Below are positions 10,044-20,880 of a stretch of DNA of 64,000 nt, in pieces. Position numbers and translations under genes: made by a program. The notes beneath the pieces were generated by a model. That model ran no database searches and had not been told where the DNA came from. It saw nothing but the letters and a program-made list of their open reading frames with translations. The number at the start of each line of letters is the position of its first letter. Positions within the stretch are counted from its first letter, which is position 1. The stretch covers positions 2,661 through 66,660 of the forward strand of contig CAMMHE010000004.1 of NCBI GenBank assembly GCA_946496575.1, in the 5' to 3' direction. Origin of the DNA: an uncultured Clostridium sp. (GTDB lineage: Bacteria; Bacillota; Clostridia; TANB77; CAG-508).

Positions 10044-10787
10044 TTAAATAATTTTAAATATTAGATTGCTTAAATCTGTAATTTCTAGATTAGCTGTTCC
10101 GTTAGCTACTACACCACTTATTGGCAATTCAAGATTTACTGTTGTCTGATATTCCTTTTTATTTAAAAGTTTTATTATTATATCAAAAGATAGACTAAAT
10201 TTTATTTCTTCCTCTTTGACATTTATATTTTCTAATAATTTATTATAATTTATTTCTTGTGCATCATTTGAAATATATTTCCCTATAGTATCATTTCCAC
10301 ATCTAAAAGCTATTAGACCACCTTGATTTGAGATTGTTAATTGTTTTATATTCGACTCTAAATCTCCTTTATATGTTAGTTCACTTATTTTTAGTTCTGG
10401 GATATTGTCAAACATTTTATTTTCTTCTATTGATGGTTTATAAATTGTCACATTACCTTTTTCTGGATTATTTATATTAAAGTTTTTTAATTGTATTGAT
10501 TCTATTATTTCTGTTTTTCCATAATTTTCATTCTTATCTATGTATAAATAAATATCATTATTTTGTTTAACATCAATTGCCCATTTATTTTTTATATCTT
10601 CTTCATTTGTACTATTGTTACCATCAGTAGAACTTACAATTACTATTTTATTTATTTTAAAAGGCAGATTTGTTTCACCTTCTACATGATATTTTAAAAC
10701 CATCATAATTAATGCAAATATTATTGAAATTGTTATTATGATTCCTAAACTTATTTTTATTATTTTTACTTTTGTTCTTTTATCCAT
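10044..10787 (-). CDS. membrane-anchored hypothetical protein, 247 aa
   Basis: Single N-terminal TM segment (ISLGIIITISIIFALIMMVL) and a long intact ORF. No family recognised. Confidence 0.6.
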   Translation of the reverse strand: MDKRTKVKIIKISLGIIITISIIFALIMMVLKYHVEGETNLPFKINKIVIVSSTDGNNSTNEEDIKNKWAIDVKQNNDIYLYIDKNENYGKTEIIESIQLKNFNINNPEKGNVTIYKPSIEENKMFDNIPELKISELTYKGDLESNIKQLTISNQGGLIAFRCGNDTIGKYISNDAQEINYNKLLENINVKEEEIKFSLSFDIIIKLLNKKEYQTTVNLELPISGVVANGTANLEITDLSNLIFKII

Positions 10788-10832
10788 ATTTTTGTTATGT
10801 GATTTCCTTTCTATTCATTGTAATCATCAAGA

Positions 10833-11312
10833 TCATTTAGTTTGTTTTTTCATTGTTCTTAATTCTTTAAAAAAATCTTTTAAAATTTTTTCACACTGTT
10901 CTTTTATAACATTAGTCTCAATTTCTACATTATGATTAAAGGTAAAATCTTTAAATAAATTAAGCTTTGATCCTGCAGCCCCTGTTTTTTCGTCCATTGC
11001 TCCTATATATATTTTTTTTATTCTAGAATTAATAATCGCTCCTGCACACATAGCACAAGGCTCTAATGTTATATACATTTCGCAATCTAGAAGTCTCCAA
11101 GAATTCAACTTTTTACTTGCTTTCTGTATTGCCAGTATTTCTGCGTGTTTTGTTGTATCCGCTTTTGTTTCTTTTAAATTGTGTGCTCTTGAAATTATTT
11201 TTCCATCTTTTACAATTACAGCTCCTACTGGTACTTCTAATTTTTTATACGCCTTTTTTGCTTCTTTTATTGCTTCTATCATAAAAATTTCTGTTTCAGA
11301 TTCTTTTTTCAT
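10833..11312 (-). CDS. tadA: tRNA-specific adenosine deaminase
   Basis: CDA zinc motifs HAEILAI and PCAMCAGA. Confidence 0.9.
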   Translation of the reverse strand: MKKESETEIFMIEAIKEAKKAYKKLEVPVGAVIVKDGKIISRAHNLKETKADTTKHAEILAIQKASKKLNSWRLLDCEMYITLEPCAMCAGAIINSRIKKIYIGAMDEKTGAAGSKLNLFKDFTFNHNVEIETNVIKEQCEKILKDFFKELRTMKKQTK

Positions 11313-11336
11313 AAATTTCCTTTTTTGTTTCTAAAT

Positions 11337-11412
<76 letters not shown>

Positions 11413-11573
11413 ATACACTTTATATAATATAACACTTTTATTGAATTTTGTAAACCTTTCTTTTTTATTTTATTATGTTATGTATTGTAATTTTATAGTA
11501 TTCTTCTGGATTTTTTTTATTTTTGGTTGTATAATAGTGAATTAGTATTTTAGTTAAGAAAGGATCTAAAAAA

Positions 11574-12290
11574 ATGCAACAAATATTAAGCCCTTTAAGA
11601 AAGGCTATTGAAGAATATAATATGATTGAAGAAGGAGATAAAATAGCTGTTTGTCTTTCAGGTGGCAAAGATTCAATTACTTTACTTTATGGTTTAAAAG
11701 CTCTACAACGTTTTTATCCAAAACATTTTGATTTAATTGCTATAAGCATAAACCCAGGATTTGATTTTTTTAATGAGAATTTATTAAAAGACATCTGTAA
11801 AAAAATTGACATCCCACTTTTTATTGAAAATAATCATGCAAAAGAAATAGTTTTTGATATAAGGAAAGAAAAAAATCCTTGTTCATTATGTGCAAATTTG
11901 CGTAGAGGTATAATAAATAGCATAGCAATTAAAGAACATTGTAATAAAATTGCTTTAGGGCATAATCAAGATGACGTTTTAGAAACATTTTTACTTAACT
12001 TATTATATACTGGTACTATAAATACTTTTTCTCCCATAAGTTTTATGGATAGAACAAAAATAACTTTAATTCGTCCTTTGGTATTTACTTCTGAAAAAGA
12101 TATTAAAAAATATATTAAAAGAAACAATATAGCAATTATGAACAAGGTTTGCCCAATGGATGGTAAATCAAAACGTGAAGACATGAAATTACAAATTATA
12201 TCTTGGCAAAAAAATATTCCAATGATTAGAGCCAACCTATTTGGTGCAATTTTAAGAAATTTAGATGATTGGAAATCTCATAATAATTAA
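11574..12290 (+). CDS. PP-loop ATPase, TtcA-family tRNA thiolation enzyme
   Basis: PP-loop CLSGGKDS, CSLCANLRRG motif and GHNQDD. Confidence 0.8.
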   Translation: MQQILSPLRKAIEEYNMIEEGDKIAVCLSGGKDSITLLYGLKALQRFYPKHFDLIAISINPGFDFFNENLLKDICKKIDIPLFIENNHAKEIVFDIRKEKNPCSLCANLRRGIINSIAIKEHCNKIALGHNQDDVLETFLLNLLYTGTINTFSPISFMDRTKITLIRPLVFTSEKDIKKYIKRNNIAIMNKVCPMDGKSKREDMKLQIISWQKNIPMIRANLFGAILRNLDDWKSHNN

Positions 12291-12415
12291 CTTATTGATT
12301 ATATTTTAGTAATAAAGATGATAAAATTTAAAACAAAGTGGACTCAATATTAAACTTTTGTGTTTAATAATTTGAGTCCACTAAAAATAAGAACACTTAC
12401 TTATGTAATAGATTT

Positions 12416-14146
12416 TTATGAATTTCTAACTAGTTCCTCCATAGATTTTTTTAGTTTTTCCAATTCTATTGTTGCTATTTCTTCACTCTTTCCTTTTATT
12501 CCTACATATAATTTAATTTTAGGTTCTGTTCCAGATGGTCTTAGACAACACCAACAATTATTTTCTAATTCATAATATAAAACATTTGATTTTGGCAGAC
12601 CTGTTGTTGTTTCATCTCCTGTTATCATATCTTTTTGATAATCTCTGTCAATATCTTTAAATATCAATACTTTATATTCACCTATATTAGTTATATTTTT
12701 GTTGCGCATATTATTCATCATTTGCTTTATTTTTTCTGCTCCCTCTGCTCCTTCTAAAACAATTGAAACTTGGTCTTCTTTATAATATCCATATTTTTTG
12801 TAGATGTTATTCATTTGATCCCATAAAGTTAGCCCATTTGATTTATAATATGCTGCTGCCTCACATAAAGACATAACTGCTGCTATTCCATCTTTATCCC
12901 TTGCATAATCTCCTATTAGACATCCATAACTTTCTTCAAATCCAAATACATATGTCTTATCTTTTAATTCTTCAGCTTTTTTCATAATTGCCCCTATGTT
13001 CTTAAATCCTGTTAGTACTTCTATTGCTTGTAATCCATATTCATTTGCAATTGCTCTAGTTAAATTTGATGAAACAATAGTAGTTATAATCATTCCGTTT
13101 GTAGGCAAAATATTTTTTTCTTTCATTTGTGATATTCTATACTCTGCTATTAGTAGTGCTGACATATTTCCTGTATATGGCATATAATTTCCTGTTTTTG
13201 TATCTTTAGCAAATATTCCCAATCTATCAGCATCTGGATCTGTCGCTAATACAACATCAGCATCTACCTTATTAGCTAATTCTAGTGCTAATTTAAATGC
13301 TTTTTTATCTTCTGGATTAGGATAATCAACTGTTGGAAAATTTCCATCTGGGTCTTTTTGTTCTGGTACTACATATACGTTTTTAAAACCAAGCTCTCTT
13401 AATAACCTTTCCGCTATTGTATTTCCTGTTCCATGCAATGGAGTATATACAATCTTTAAAGTTTGTCCTTCTTCTTTTACTATTTCAGGATTTAATACCA
13501 GCTTTTTTAATGTATTAATATACATATCATCCATTTCTTTTCCAATAATATTAAATAATCCTTTTTCTATAGCTTCTTGTTTACTGATAGTTTTTATTTC
13601 TTTAAAGTCTTTTATTTCTCTTACTTTTTTAATTATTTCTTTATCTCTTGGTGCTATGATTTGTGAACCATCATCCCAATAAACTTTATATCCATTATAT
13701 TTTGGAGGATTATGGCTCGCAGTTATCATTATCCCTGCTGTACATTTTAATTGTCTTATAGCAAATGACAATTCTGGAACAGGTCTTAAATTTTCAAATA
13801 AATATGTTTTTATTCCATTTGCATTTAAAATTAATGCTGTTTGGATGCTAAATTCATCAGACATTTTCCTAGAATCATAACTAATTGCTACTCCTTTATT
13901 TTGGGTGCCTTGTTCTAAAATATAATTTGCTAAACCTTGTGTTGCCTTACCTACAGTATACTTATTCATTCTATTCGTTCCAGCTCCAATTATCCCTCTT
14001 AAACCAGCTGTTCCAAATTCTAACTCTTTATAAAATCTGTCTTCTATTTCTTTTTCATTATCTCTAATTTCTTGTAATTCTGTTTTAGTTCTTTCGTCAA
14101 ATTCATCACTTTCACACCATCTTTTATATTCTTCTAAATAATTCAT
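12416..14146 (-). CDS. phosphoglucomutase / alpha-D-phosphohexomutase
   Basis: Active-site TASHNPPKYNGYK, metal site ATDPDADR and GFEESYG sugar-binding loop. Confidence 0.9.
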   Translation of the reverse strand: MNYLEEYKRWCESDEFDERTKTELQEIRDNEKEIEDRFYKELEFGTAGLRGIIGAGTNRMNKYTVGKATQGLANYILEQGTQNKGVAISYDSRKMSDEFSIQTALILNANGIKTYLFENLRPVPELSFAIRQLKCTAGIMITASHNPPKYNGYKVYWDDGSQIIAPRDKEIIKKVREIKDFKEIKTISKQEAIEKGLFNIIGKEMDDMYINTLKKLVLNPEIVKEEGQTLKIVYTPLHGTGNTIAERLLRELGFKNVYVVPEQKDPDGNFPTVDYPNPEDKKAFKLALELANKVDADVVLATDPDADRLGIFAKDTKTGNYMPYTGNMSALLIAEYRISQMKEKNILPTNGMIITTIVSSNLTRAIANEYGLQAIEVLTGFKNIGAIMKKAEELKDKTYVFGFEESYGCLIGDYARDKDGIAAVMSLCEAAAYYKSNGLTLWDQMNNIYKKYGYYKEDQVSIVLEGAEGAEKIKQMMNNMRNKNITNIGEYKVLIFKDIDRDYQKDMITGDETTTGLPKSNVLYYELENNCWCCLRPSGTEPKIKLYVGIKGKSEEIATIELEKLKKSMEELVRNS

Positions 14147-14443
14147 TTTTTATCCCTTCTTTCTTATAAACTTATTATATCTGATATTATAATATTTTTA
14201 GCTTTATAAAAACACAAAAGGTTAAAAGTTAATTTTACAATTAATTCTTTTAACCTCCTTTTTATATGCTTTATAAATTATTTTTTTAAATTCTTGTGAA
14301 AATTATTATATAATTCTCGTGCTGTTTCTGGGCTATCTACACCTGTTGCATTTTTTACAGGTGCAAATTCTTCTTCTCTTTTTACTCTCAATATTGCCAT
14401 ATCATCTAATTCTCCAAAAGCATCAAATAAAAATGCTTCAAAT

Positions 14444-15529
14444 TTATATGCATTTGGTCCGATTTGGTACTACTTTATTGCCATCTTTATCAATATATGT
14501 GGCCTTTTTAAATGCACTATGATATGGTAATGGTGTTGAACCCATTCTTTCTATAGAAGAAAGTTTAAATAAATTACATAAAATATGTGATTCTCCATAT
14601 ATAAGTTCTCCATTTTTATCTCTAGCTTCTGCCATTTCTTGAGATATTTCTGAATATTCAATTACATATGGTTTACCATTTTTTTTGCAAAATACTCCTA
14701 CTTTCTCTTGAGGATTAGCTTTTACTAGAGATTTCCCTGCAGCTGTTACATTTTTTTCTATTGCTATTCCCATCAAAACAGGATCTACCATTTTTACTAA
14801 ACAATTATCTACTCCTCCAACGAATACCCATTCAATACCCATTTCATGCATTTTTTCAGTCATTTTATTTCTTACTAATGCTTCAAATATTCCTCCATGA
14901 CCATTTGCTGCTAATTTTACTAAACCATCTTCTCCTATTAGTATTTTTCCTTCGGTATCAATCATTGGAAGTTCTGCTTGCTCAAAAAAGAAAATATTTT
15001 TATTTTTTTCGTATCCGAAATATTTATTTCTTTCAAAAAATTCTACAGTAGCATCATTATTTTCTCTACTAGTCATTATAAACCAAGGTATTATGACATT
15101 ATATTTTTTTTGTTCTTCCTTTAGATAATCACTTAATAATTCAAATAATGATTTATGAGAGTCTAAACCTATATCATATGTTCCTTTTGGTCCATTATGT
15201 CCTAATCTAGTACCTTGTCCCCCTGCCATTGTAACTGTAGCAAGTTTTCCTTGAGAAATTGCCTTTTTTCCTATATCTTCATATTCTTTAAATTTTTCGT
15301 TTAATTTGTATTTATCTAAATATTCTATAGGCTCAATTGTATCATTAGATAAATCTACCCCTTTTGTTGCATTATTATAAAGACTTGTAATTAAATCAAA
15401 ATCAATTTCTTGTAATTGTCTTATCAACTCCTTTTTTTTGTTTTCTGATAATTTTTCAAATCCATTAAGTAAATGTTCTTGTCCATATTTTTTTAATTTC
15501 CATTTAATTTCGTCTAAAGTTTGCTCCAT
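14444..15529 (-). CDS. UDP-sugar pyrophosphorylase (UDPGP family), truncated by a frameshift; the C-terminal ~58 codons continue in another frame to 14278
   Basis: MAGGQGTRLG nucleotide-binding loop. The conserved C-terminal module GPNAYKFEAFLFDAFGELDDMAILRVKREEEFAPVKNATGVDSPETAREL is encoded out of frame at 14278-14460. See findings. Confidence 0.8.
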   Translation of the reverse strand: MEQTLDEIKWKLKKYGQEHLLNGFEKLSENKKKELIRQLQEIDFDLITSLYNNATKGVDLSNDTIEPIEYLDKYKLNEKFKEYEDIGKKAISQGKLATVTMAGGQGTRLGHNGPKGTYDIGLDSHKSLFELLSDYLKEEQKKYNVIIPWFIMTSRENNDATVEFFERNKYFGYEKNKNIFFFEQAELPMIDTEGKILIGEDGLVKLAANGHGGIFEALVRNKMTEKMHEMGIEWVFVGGVDNCLVKMVDPVLMGIAIEKNVTAAGKSLVKANPQEKVGVFCKKNGKPYVIEYSEISQEMAEARDKNGELIYGESHILCNLFKLSSIERMGSTPLPYHSAFKKATYIDKDGNKVVPNRTKCI

Positions 15530-15575
15530 AAAATTCTTCCTTTCTTTTTTCATGTATTTTTATACTATATAACAT

Positions 15576-16031
15576 TTATTGTTTTTTTTCAATACTTTTT
15601 TGTAAATTGTTTAGAACACCTTCATGTTCATCTACTAATATATGCATTTCTTCTTTCACTTCATCAAATAAATAACAATTTATAATCTCTATCATAGAAT
15701 TCTTTTCTATTAGAACAGACTCTATTTGTTTATTTATATTGCTTACAAAATTTTTAGATCCATTAACAATTATTACTGCATTTTTAAGATTCTTTTTTAT
15801 ATCAATATTATTATTATTCCATGCTAAATTTAATATTCTTTCTTTATTTTTTATGTTAATTTTTGAAATTAAAATTTTTACACTTTCTTCTAAATTATTT
15901 TCAGTTACAATTATTATTTTTTTATTTTCTTCAATCTTCTTATTTATAAAAGGTACGATTGTCATTTCTAAATGAAAATCACTTGCATAAAAACAACATT
16001 TCTTTTGTAAAATTTTCTGACTTGTAGTCAT
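15576..16031 (-). CDS. hypothetical protein, 151 aa
   Basis: Intact ORF co-directional with its neighbours. No motif recognised. Confidence 0.5.
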   Translation of the reverse strand: MTTSQKILQKKCCFYASDFHLEMTIVPFINKKIEENKKIIIVTENNLEESVKILISKINIKNKERILNLAWNNNNIDIKKNLKNAVIIVNGSKNFVSNINKQIESVLIEKNSMIEIINCYLFDEVKEEMHILVDEHEGVLNNLQKSIEKKQ

Positions 16032-16265
16032 ATTATTCCTCCTTTTTAAGTAATAGCATTTATTACTATTCCAGTCTTTTCTTCAGTTATTTTGTAATTT
16101 TGTTTACTGGTAAATTTTACCATTTCATTTCAAATATGTCAATAATATTTCAAATAAATTTATACAATTTTTTTCGACATCAGTATATTTTTAAAAATTT
16201 GGTTAATACTTATTTTAAAGAAAAATTTTTACAAAAAAGTTTTATTTTTTTAATGGAGGATGCTT

Positions 16266-16937
16266 ATGAAAAATTTATTAAAATTTATATCAAATTCCAA
16301 AGTAAAAGCTGGCATTATTTTATTTTTTTTACTTAACTGTTATATTTTCTTATGTGCCTTTAGTTATGTAGAAGCTGTATCCTACGATATATCAAACAGT
16401 GTTTTTAGATTACATGTTATAGCTAATAGTGATAGCGTTCAAGATCAAAATTTGAAATATTTAGTACGTGATAGTTTATTAGACTATATGAATAAATTAT
16501 GTAAGAATATTAATACAAAAGAAGAAGCAATTAATTTAGCAGAAGAACATAAAGAAGATTTTGAAAATATTGCTCTTGAAGTAATTCATAAAAATGGATA
16601 TGATTACTCTGTTAATATCAACATTGGTAACTTTAATTTTCCAACAAAATCATATGGTGATATTTCCCTACCTGCTGGAATGTATGATGCACTTAGAGTT
16701 GAAATAGGTAAAGCAGAAGGACAAAATTGGTGGTGTGTAATGTTCCCTTCTTTATGTTTTATAGATATAAATTCAGGTGTTGTAAATGAAGATTCAAAAG
16801 AAGTTCTTGAAGATAATCTATCAGAAGAATCATATAATATAATTTCAGATACCTCTAGTAATACTATAAAGTTTAAATTTAAATTATTGGAATTTTTTAA
16901 TAGAAATAATGTTACAACTGCGAAAAAACAAAAATAG
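16266..16937 (+). CDS. spoIIR: stage II sporulation protein R
   Basis: Signature FRLHVIANSDSVQDQNLKYLVRDSLL and NWWCVMFPSLCF. ATG at 16266 follows GGAGGA. Confidence 0.9.
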   Translation: MKNLLKFISNSKVKAGIILFFLLNCYIFLCAFSYVEAVSYDISNSVFRLHVIANSDSVQDQNLKYLVRDSLLDYMNKLCKNINTKEEAINLAEEHKEDFENIALEVIHKNGYDYSVNINIGNFNFPTKSYGDISLPAGMYDALRVEIGKAEGQNWWCVMFPSLCFIDINSGVVNEDSKEVLEDNLSEESYNIISDTSSNTIKFKFKLLEFFNRNNVTTAKKQK

Positions 16938-17048
16938 TTATTTAATATATAAAATAATAAAAAATAGTTGTAAATTTTAAAATTTTGTGCTATATTTTTG
17001 TAAAATAGAGTGTATTTATACACTCTCTTATTTTTTGGGGGTATACAA

Positions 17049-18308
17049 TTGGAAAAATTATTAATTAAAGGTCCTACACGTTTAGAAGGAGAAGTTACAA
17101 TAAATGGTGCTAAAAATGCCGCAGTTGCAATTTTACCTGCAACAATTTTAATTAATGGTACATGTACTATCGAAAATGTTCCAAATATTAGTGATATCAA
17201 AATCTCTTGCGAAATTTTATCCAGATTAGGGGCTAAAATAGAATGGATAAACAATAATACTTTATTTATAGATACAAGAAATATTAATACAACTCAAGCA
17301 CCTTTAGATTTAACAAGTAAATTTAGAGCTTCCTATTACTTGATAGGCAGTATGCTTGGCAGAAAAAAGGCTATTCAAGTTGGAATGCCAGGTGGATGCA
17401 ATTTAGGTCCAAGGCCTATTGACCAACACATAAAAGGTGTTGAATTACTTGGTGCAAAGGTAGAAGTATCTCAAGGAAAAATAACAGCTACAGCTGATAG
17501 ATTGGTTGGAACTTCTATATATATGGATATTGTTTCTGTAGGTGCTACTATTAATGTAATGCTATCAGCAATACTTGCAGAAGGAACAACTACAATTGAT
17601 AATGCTGCAAAAGAACCTCATGTAGTTGATGTTGCTAATTTCTTAAATACTATGGGAGCTGATATTAGAGGTGCTGGTACTGATATGATTAAAATTAATG
17701 GTGTTAAAGAGCTAAAAGGAAATGCCACATATTCTATTGTGCCAGATCAAATTGAAGCAGGAACATTTATGCTTGCTGCTGTTGCTTCTAAAGGTGATAT
17801 TCTAATAAAAAATTGTATTACTAAACATTTAGAATCTTTAACAGCAAAAATTATAGAAATTGGTGGAAATGTTGAAGACTATGGAGATAGCTTAAGAGTA
17901 TGGAATAATTCTAGGCCTTTAAAAGCTAATATAAAAACTTTACCATATCCTGGTTTTCCAACAGACTTACAACCGCAAATTGGTGTCGTTTTATCTATTG
18001 CTGATGGTAATAGTCGTATTAATGAAAGTATTTGGGAATCAAGATTTCAATACACTAGTGAATTAAATAAAATGGGTGCAAAAATAACAGCACAAGGTAA
18101 ATCTGCATTTTTTGAAGGAGTAGAGAAATTATATGGTGCACCTGTTTATTCCTCTGATTTAAGAGCCGGTGCTGCTCTTATTATAGCTGGAATAATTGCA
18201 GAAGGAACAACTGAAATATACAATCTAGATCACATTGATAGAGGATACGAGAAAATAGAAGAGAGATTTAAGAAATTAGGAGCTAATATACAAAGGATAT
18301 CTGAATAA
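17049..18308 (+). CDS. murA: UDP-N-acetylglucosamine 1-carboxyvinyltransferase
   Basis: N-terminus LEKLLIKGPTRLEGEVTINGAKNAAVAILPA, which implies a TTG start at 17049. EPSP-synthase fold motifs and C-terminal HIDRGYEKIEERFKKLGANI. Confidence 0.9.
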   Translation: MEKLLIKGPTRLEGEVTINGAKNAAVAILPATILINGTCTIENVPNISDIKISCEILSRLGAKIEWINNNTLFIDTRNINTTQAPLDLTSKFRASYYLIGSMLGRKKAIQVGMPGGCNLGPRPIDQHIKGVELLGAKVEVSQGKITATADRLVGTSIYMDIVSVGATINVMLSAILAEGTTTIDNAAKEPHVVDVANFLNTMGADIRGAGTDMIKINGVKELKGNATYSIVPDQIEAGTFMLAAVASKGDILIKNCITKHLESLTAKIIEIGGNVEDYGDSLRVWNNSRPLKANIKTLPYPGFPTDLQPQIGVVLSIADGNSRINESIWESRFQYTSELNKMGAKITAQGKSAFFEGVEKLYGAPVYSSDLRAGAALIIAGIIAEGTTEIYNLDHIDRGYEKIEERFKKLGANIQRISE

Positions 18309-18380
18309 CTTTTTATATTATATTAATAATTTCAATACTATCTTCATAAATAAAAAATATATAATAGAAAGAGTAATAAA

Positions 18381-19169
18381 ATGTTAAATTTTTGTAGTTT
18401 ATATAGTGGTAGCAGTGGAAATAGCCTATTTGTGCAATCTGATAATACAAAAATATTAGTAGATTGTGGTGTTAGTAGTAAAAAAATAGAAAAAGCGTTA
18501 AATTTAATGAAAATAGATGCTTCTTCTATTGATGCTATATTAATTACTCATGAGCATATAGACCATATAAAGGGATTACCTATATTTGCAAACAAATTTA
18601 ATATTCCTGTGTTTGCAAATATAGAAACTTTTGATCATATGGAAAAGGTAACTTCTAAAATGTCTAATGAAAAGTTAAAGCTGTTTAAAATAGATGAAAA
18701 ATTTTCTATAGGAGATTTAAAAATATTACCTTTTTCTATCCCACATGATGCAGCTAATCCTTGTGGCTTTAATATTTTTAATGGTGATAAGAAAATAAGT
18801 ATTGCAACAGATATCGGACATATGAATTCGCAAATTTTAAAAAAATTAGAAGGAAGCTCTTTTCTTCTTTTAGAATCTAATTATGATACAGAAGTACTAA
18901 AATGCTGTGCCTATCCTTTTAAATTAAAATCTAGAATTTCTGGACCTAATGGTCACCTTTCAAATGATATTGCAAGTAAGACAATTTCATATTTATTTAA
19001 AAATGGTCTAAAAAGTGCAATGCTTGGTCATTTAAGTAAAGAAAGTAATTTTCCAGAACTTGCTTATAATACTACTGTTAATGAGATTTTATCAACTGGG
19101 ATAAATTTAGAATCTTTTAATCTTACAGTTGCAAGTAGAGATTTACCTGGAAGATTAATTACTATTTAA
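18381..19169 (+). CDS. MBL-fold metallo-hydrolase (YycJ-like)
   Basis: HxHxDH motif THEHIDHIKG. Confidence 0.8.
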   Translation: MLNFCSLYSGSSGNSLFVQSDNTKILVDCGVSSKKIEKALNLMKIDASSIDAILITHEHIDHIKGLPIFANKFNIPVFANIETFDHMEKVTSKMSNEKLKLFKIDEKFSIGDLKILPFSIPHDAANPCGFNIFNGDKKISIATDIGHMNSQILKKLEGSSFLLLESNYDTEVLKCCAYPFKLKSRISGPNGHLSNDIASKTISYLFKNGLKSAMLGHLSKESNFPELAYNTTVNEILSTGINLESFNLTVASRDLPGRLITI

Positions 19170-19173
19170 TTTT

Positions 19174-19201
19174 TGAACATAAAATTTTTATGTTCATTTT
19201 T
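19174..19201 (+). terminator. rho-independent terminator after the MBL-fold gene
   Basis: tgaacataa (19174-19182) pairs with ttatgttca (19188-19196), followed by a T-run. Confidence 0.6.
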
Positions 19202-19614
19202 CATTTAATATATTTAACTGTAGGAAAAATAATAAAATTGAATAAAAATAAATATAAGCTTGGGGGCAAAATATTTTAAATTTTTATATGGGGTATGTTA
19301 TTTTTTATTTTATTGGGATTATTATATAGATTTTAATTATTTGATTTTAATTATTTTTCCTACAAGATTAATACCAATTTAAAATTTGATAATGCTATTA
19401 GATTTTTAATTTTATTTTTTTAGTTAATATACTTATTAAGATTTTTTTGACAAAAACGATAATTATAAAAAATAATAAAATTTTGTGAAACATAAAATTT
19501 GTCCTTAATTTTTAGATAAATAATTTTAAACATTTTATTAAAATTTGTATAAAAATGTTTTTTATTAAGATATTATGATTTTACATTATATATTTTAAAA
19601 TGTCAAGAAAAACT

Positions 19615-20136
19615 TCACGACAAAATTCGACATATTACTACGGATGTAATCATTCCAACAATATCTGCACTTAATGCTGCCCATAATACAAATCTTGTAT
19701 TTTTTATTTTTACACTACTTGAATAAACTGCTATTGTATATATTGTAGTTTCTGTTGATCCCATAATTACTGATGCAATCAACCCAATTTGACTATCTAC
19801 TCCAAAAGTTTTCATTATTTCAGTTGCAATTGCTATAGACCCACTTCCTGAAATTGGCCTCAATATTGCAAGTGGTAATATTTCACTTGGAACTTGAAAA
19901 TGAGCTAAAAATGGGTTTAAAATATTTATAATTACATTTATTGTTCCAGAATTTTTTAACATTCCTATGGCAAAAAATAAACCTATTAACGTTGGAAATA
20001 TTTTTATGACTATTTCTGCACCTTCTTTTGCTCCTTTTAAAAATAAATCAAATGTTTTTTTCTTTTCATTTATACCTTTAAAAATTATTATAAAAATAAT
20101 TAAAGGCATTGCTATATTTGATATATAGTTTATCAT
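19615..20136 (-). CDS. spmB: spore maturation protein B
   Basis: Polytopic nucleoside-recognition-domain protein of 173 aa, paired with spmA in the conserved order. Confidence 0.75.
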   Translation of the reverse strand: MINYISNIAMPLIIFIIIFKGINEKKKTFDLFLKGAKEGAEIVIKIFPTLIGLFFAIGMLKNSGTINVIINILNPFLAHFQVPSEILPLAILRPISGSGSIAIATEIMKTFGVDSQIGLIASVIMGSTETTIYTIAVYSSSVKIKNTRFVLWAALSADIVGMITSVVICRILS

Positions 20137-20170
20137 AATAAATTCACTTTTCCTTTTCTTATATTAAGGT

Positions 20171-20761
20171 TTAAATTTTTTTATTTCTATCAAATTTTAT
20201 AAACAATTTGGTAACAGTTATTGCAGTTACTGCTGCACATATTGTTGCTATCCATACTGGCACTATTATTCCTGCAGGATTTTCTGAACCTAATGAACTT
20301 CTAATTGCTATGACTGTTGTAGGAATTATCTGAAATGACGCTGTATTTAGCACAATTAACATAGCCATAGAATTACTTAATCTATTTTTATCTTGATTTT
20401 TTTCTTGCAATGATTGCATTGCTTTTAATCCAAGTGGAGTAGCTGCATTACCTAGTCCTAAAAGATTTGCTATAATATTCATACAAATTTCTTTATATTC
20501 TTTATCTTCTTTTTTCGTTTTAGGAAATAAAAAATGCATAACTGGTTTTAAAATTTTTTCTAATTTAATAATTGTACTTGTATTTATTGCAATTTCCATA
20601 ATTCCGCTCCATAAACACATTGTTCCAAGTAAACTTATTGTCAAATCAACAGCACTTTTAGTACTATCAAAAACAGCATTATTTATATCTCCTATATTAC
20701 CTGTAAGTACTGCAATAGCTATTGATATTATTATACACATTGGCCAAAAAATATTTAACAT
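20171..20761 (-). CDS. spmA: spore maturation protein A
   Basis: 196-aa polytopic nucleoside-recognition-domain protein directly upstream of spmB. Confidence 0.75.
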   Translation of the reverse strand: MLNIFWPMCIIISIAIAVLTGNIGDINNAVFDSTKSAVDLTISLLGTMCLWSGIMEIAINTSTIIKLEKILKPVMHFLFPKTKKEDKEYKEICMNIIANLLGLGNAATPLGLKAMQSLQEKNQDKNRLSNSMAMLIVLNTASFQIIPTTVIAIRSSLGSENPAGIIVPVWIATICAAVTAITVTKLFIKFDRNKKI

Positions 20762-20880
20762 TTATCCCCCTTTTTTATTTACGAAATTTTTTAATTGATA
20801 ATAATTATTGACCTTGTAAATAATTTATGATATATTTATATTAGGATTTATTAAAGAATTTAACATTGAGGAGGAATATT

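Noticed and set aside
16604-17254. 216-aa minus-strand ORF
   Set aside because: It overlaps the 3' end of spoIIR and the 5' end of murA on the opposite strand. It has no motif, and its composition is typical of an antisense frame.
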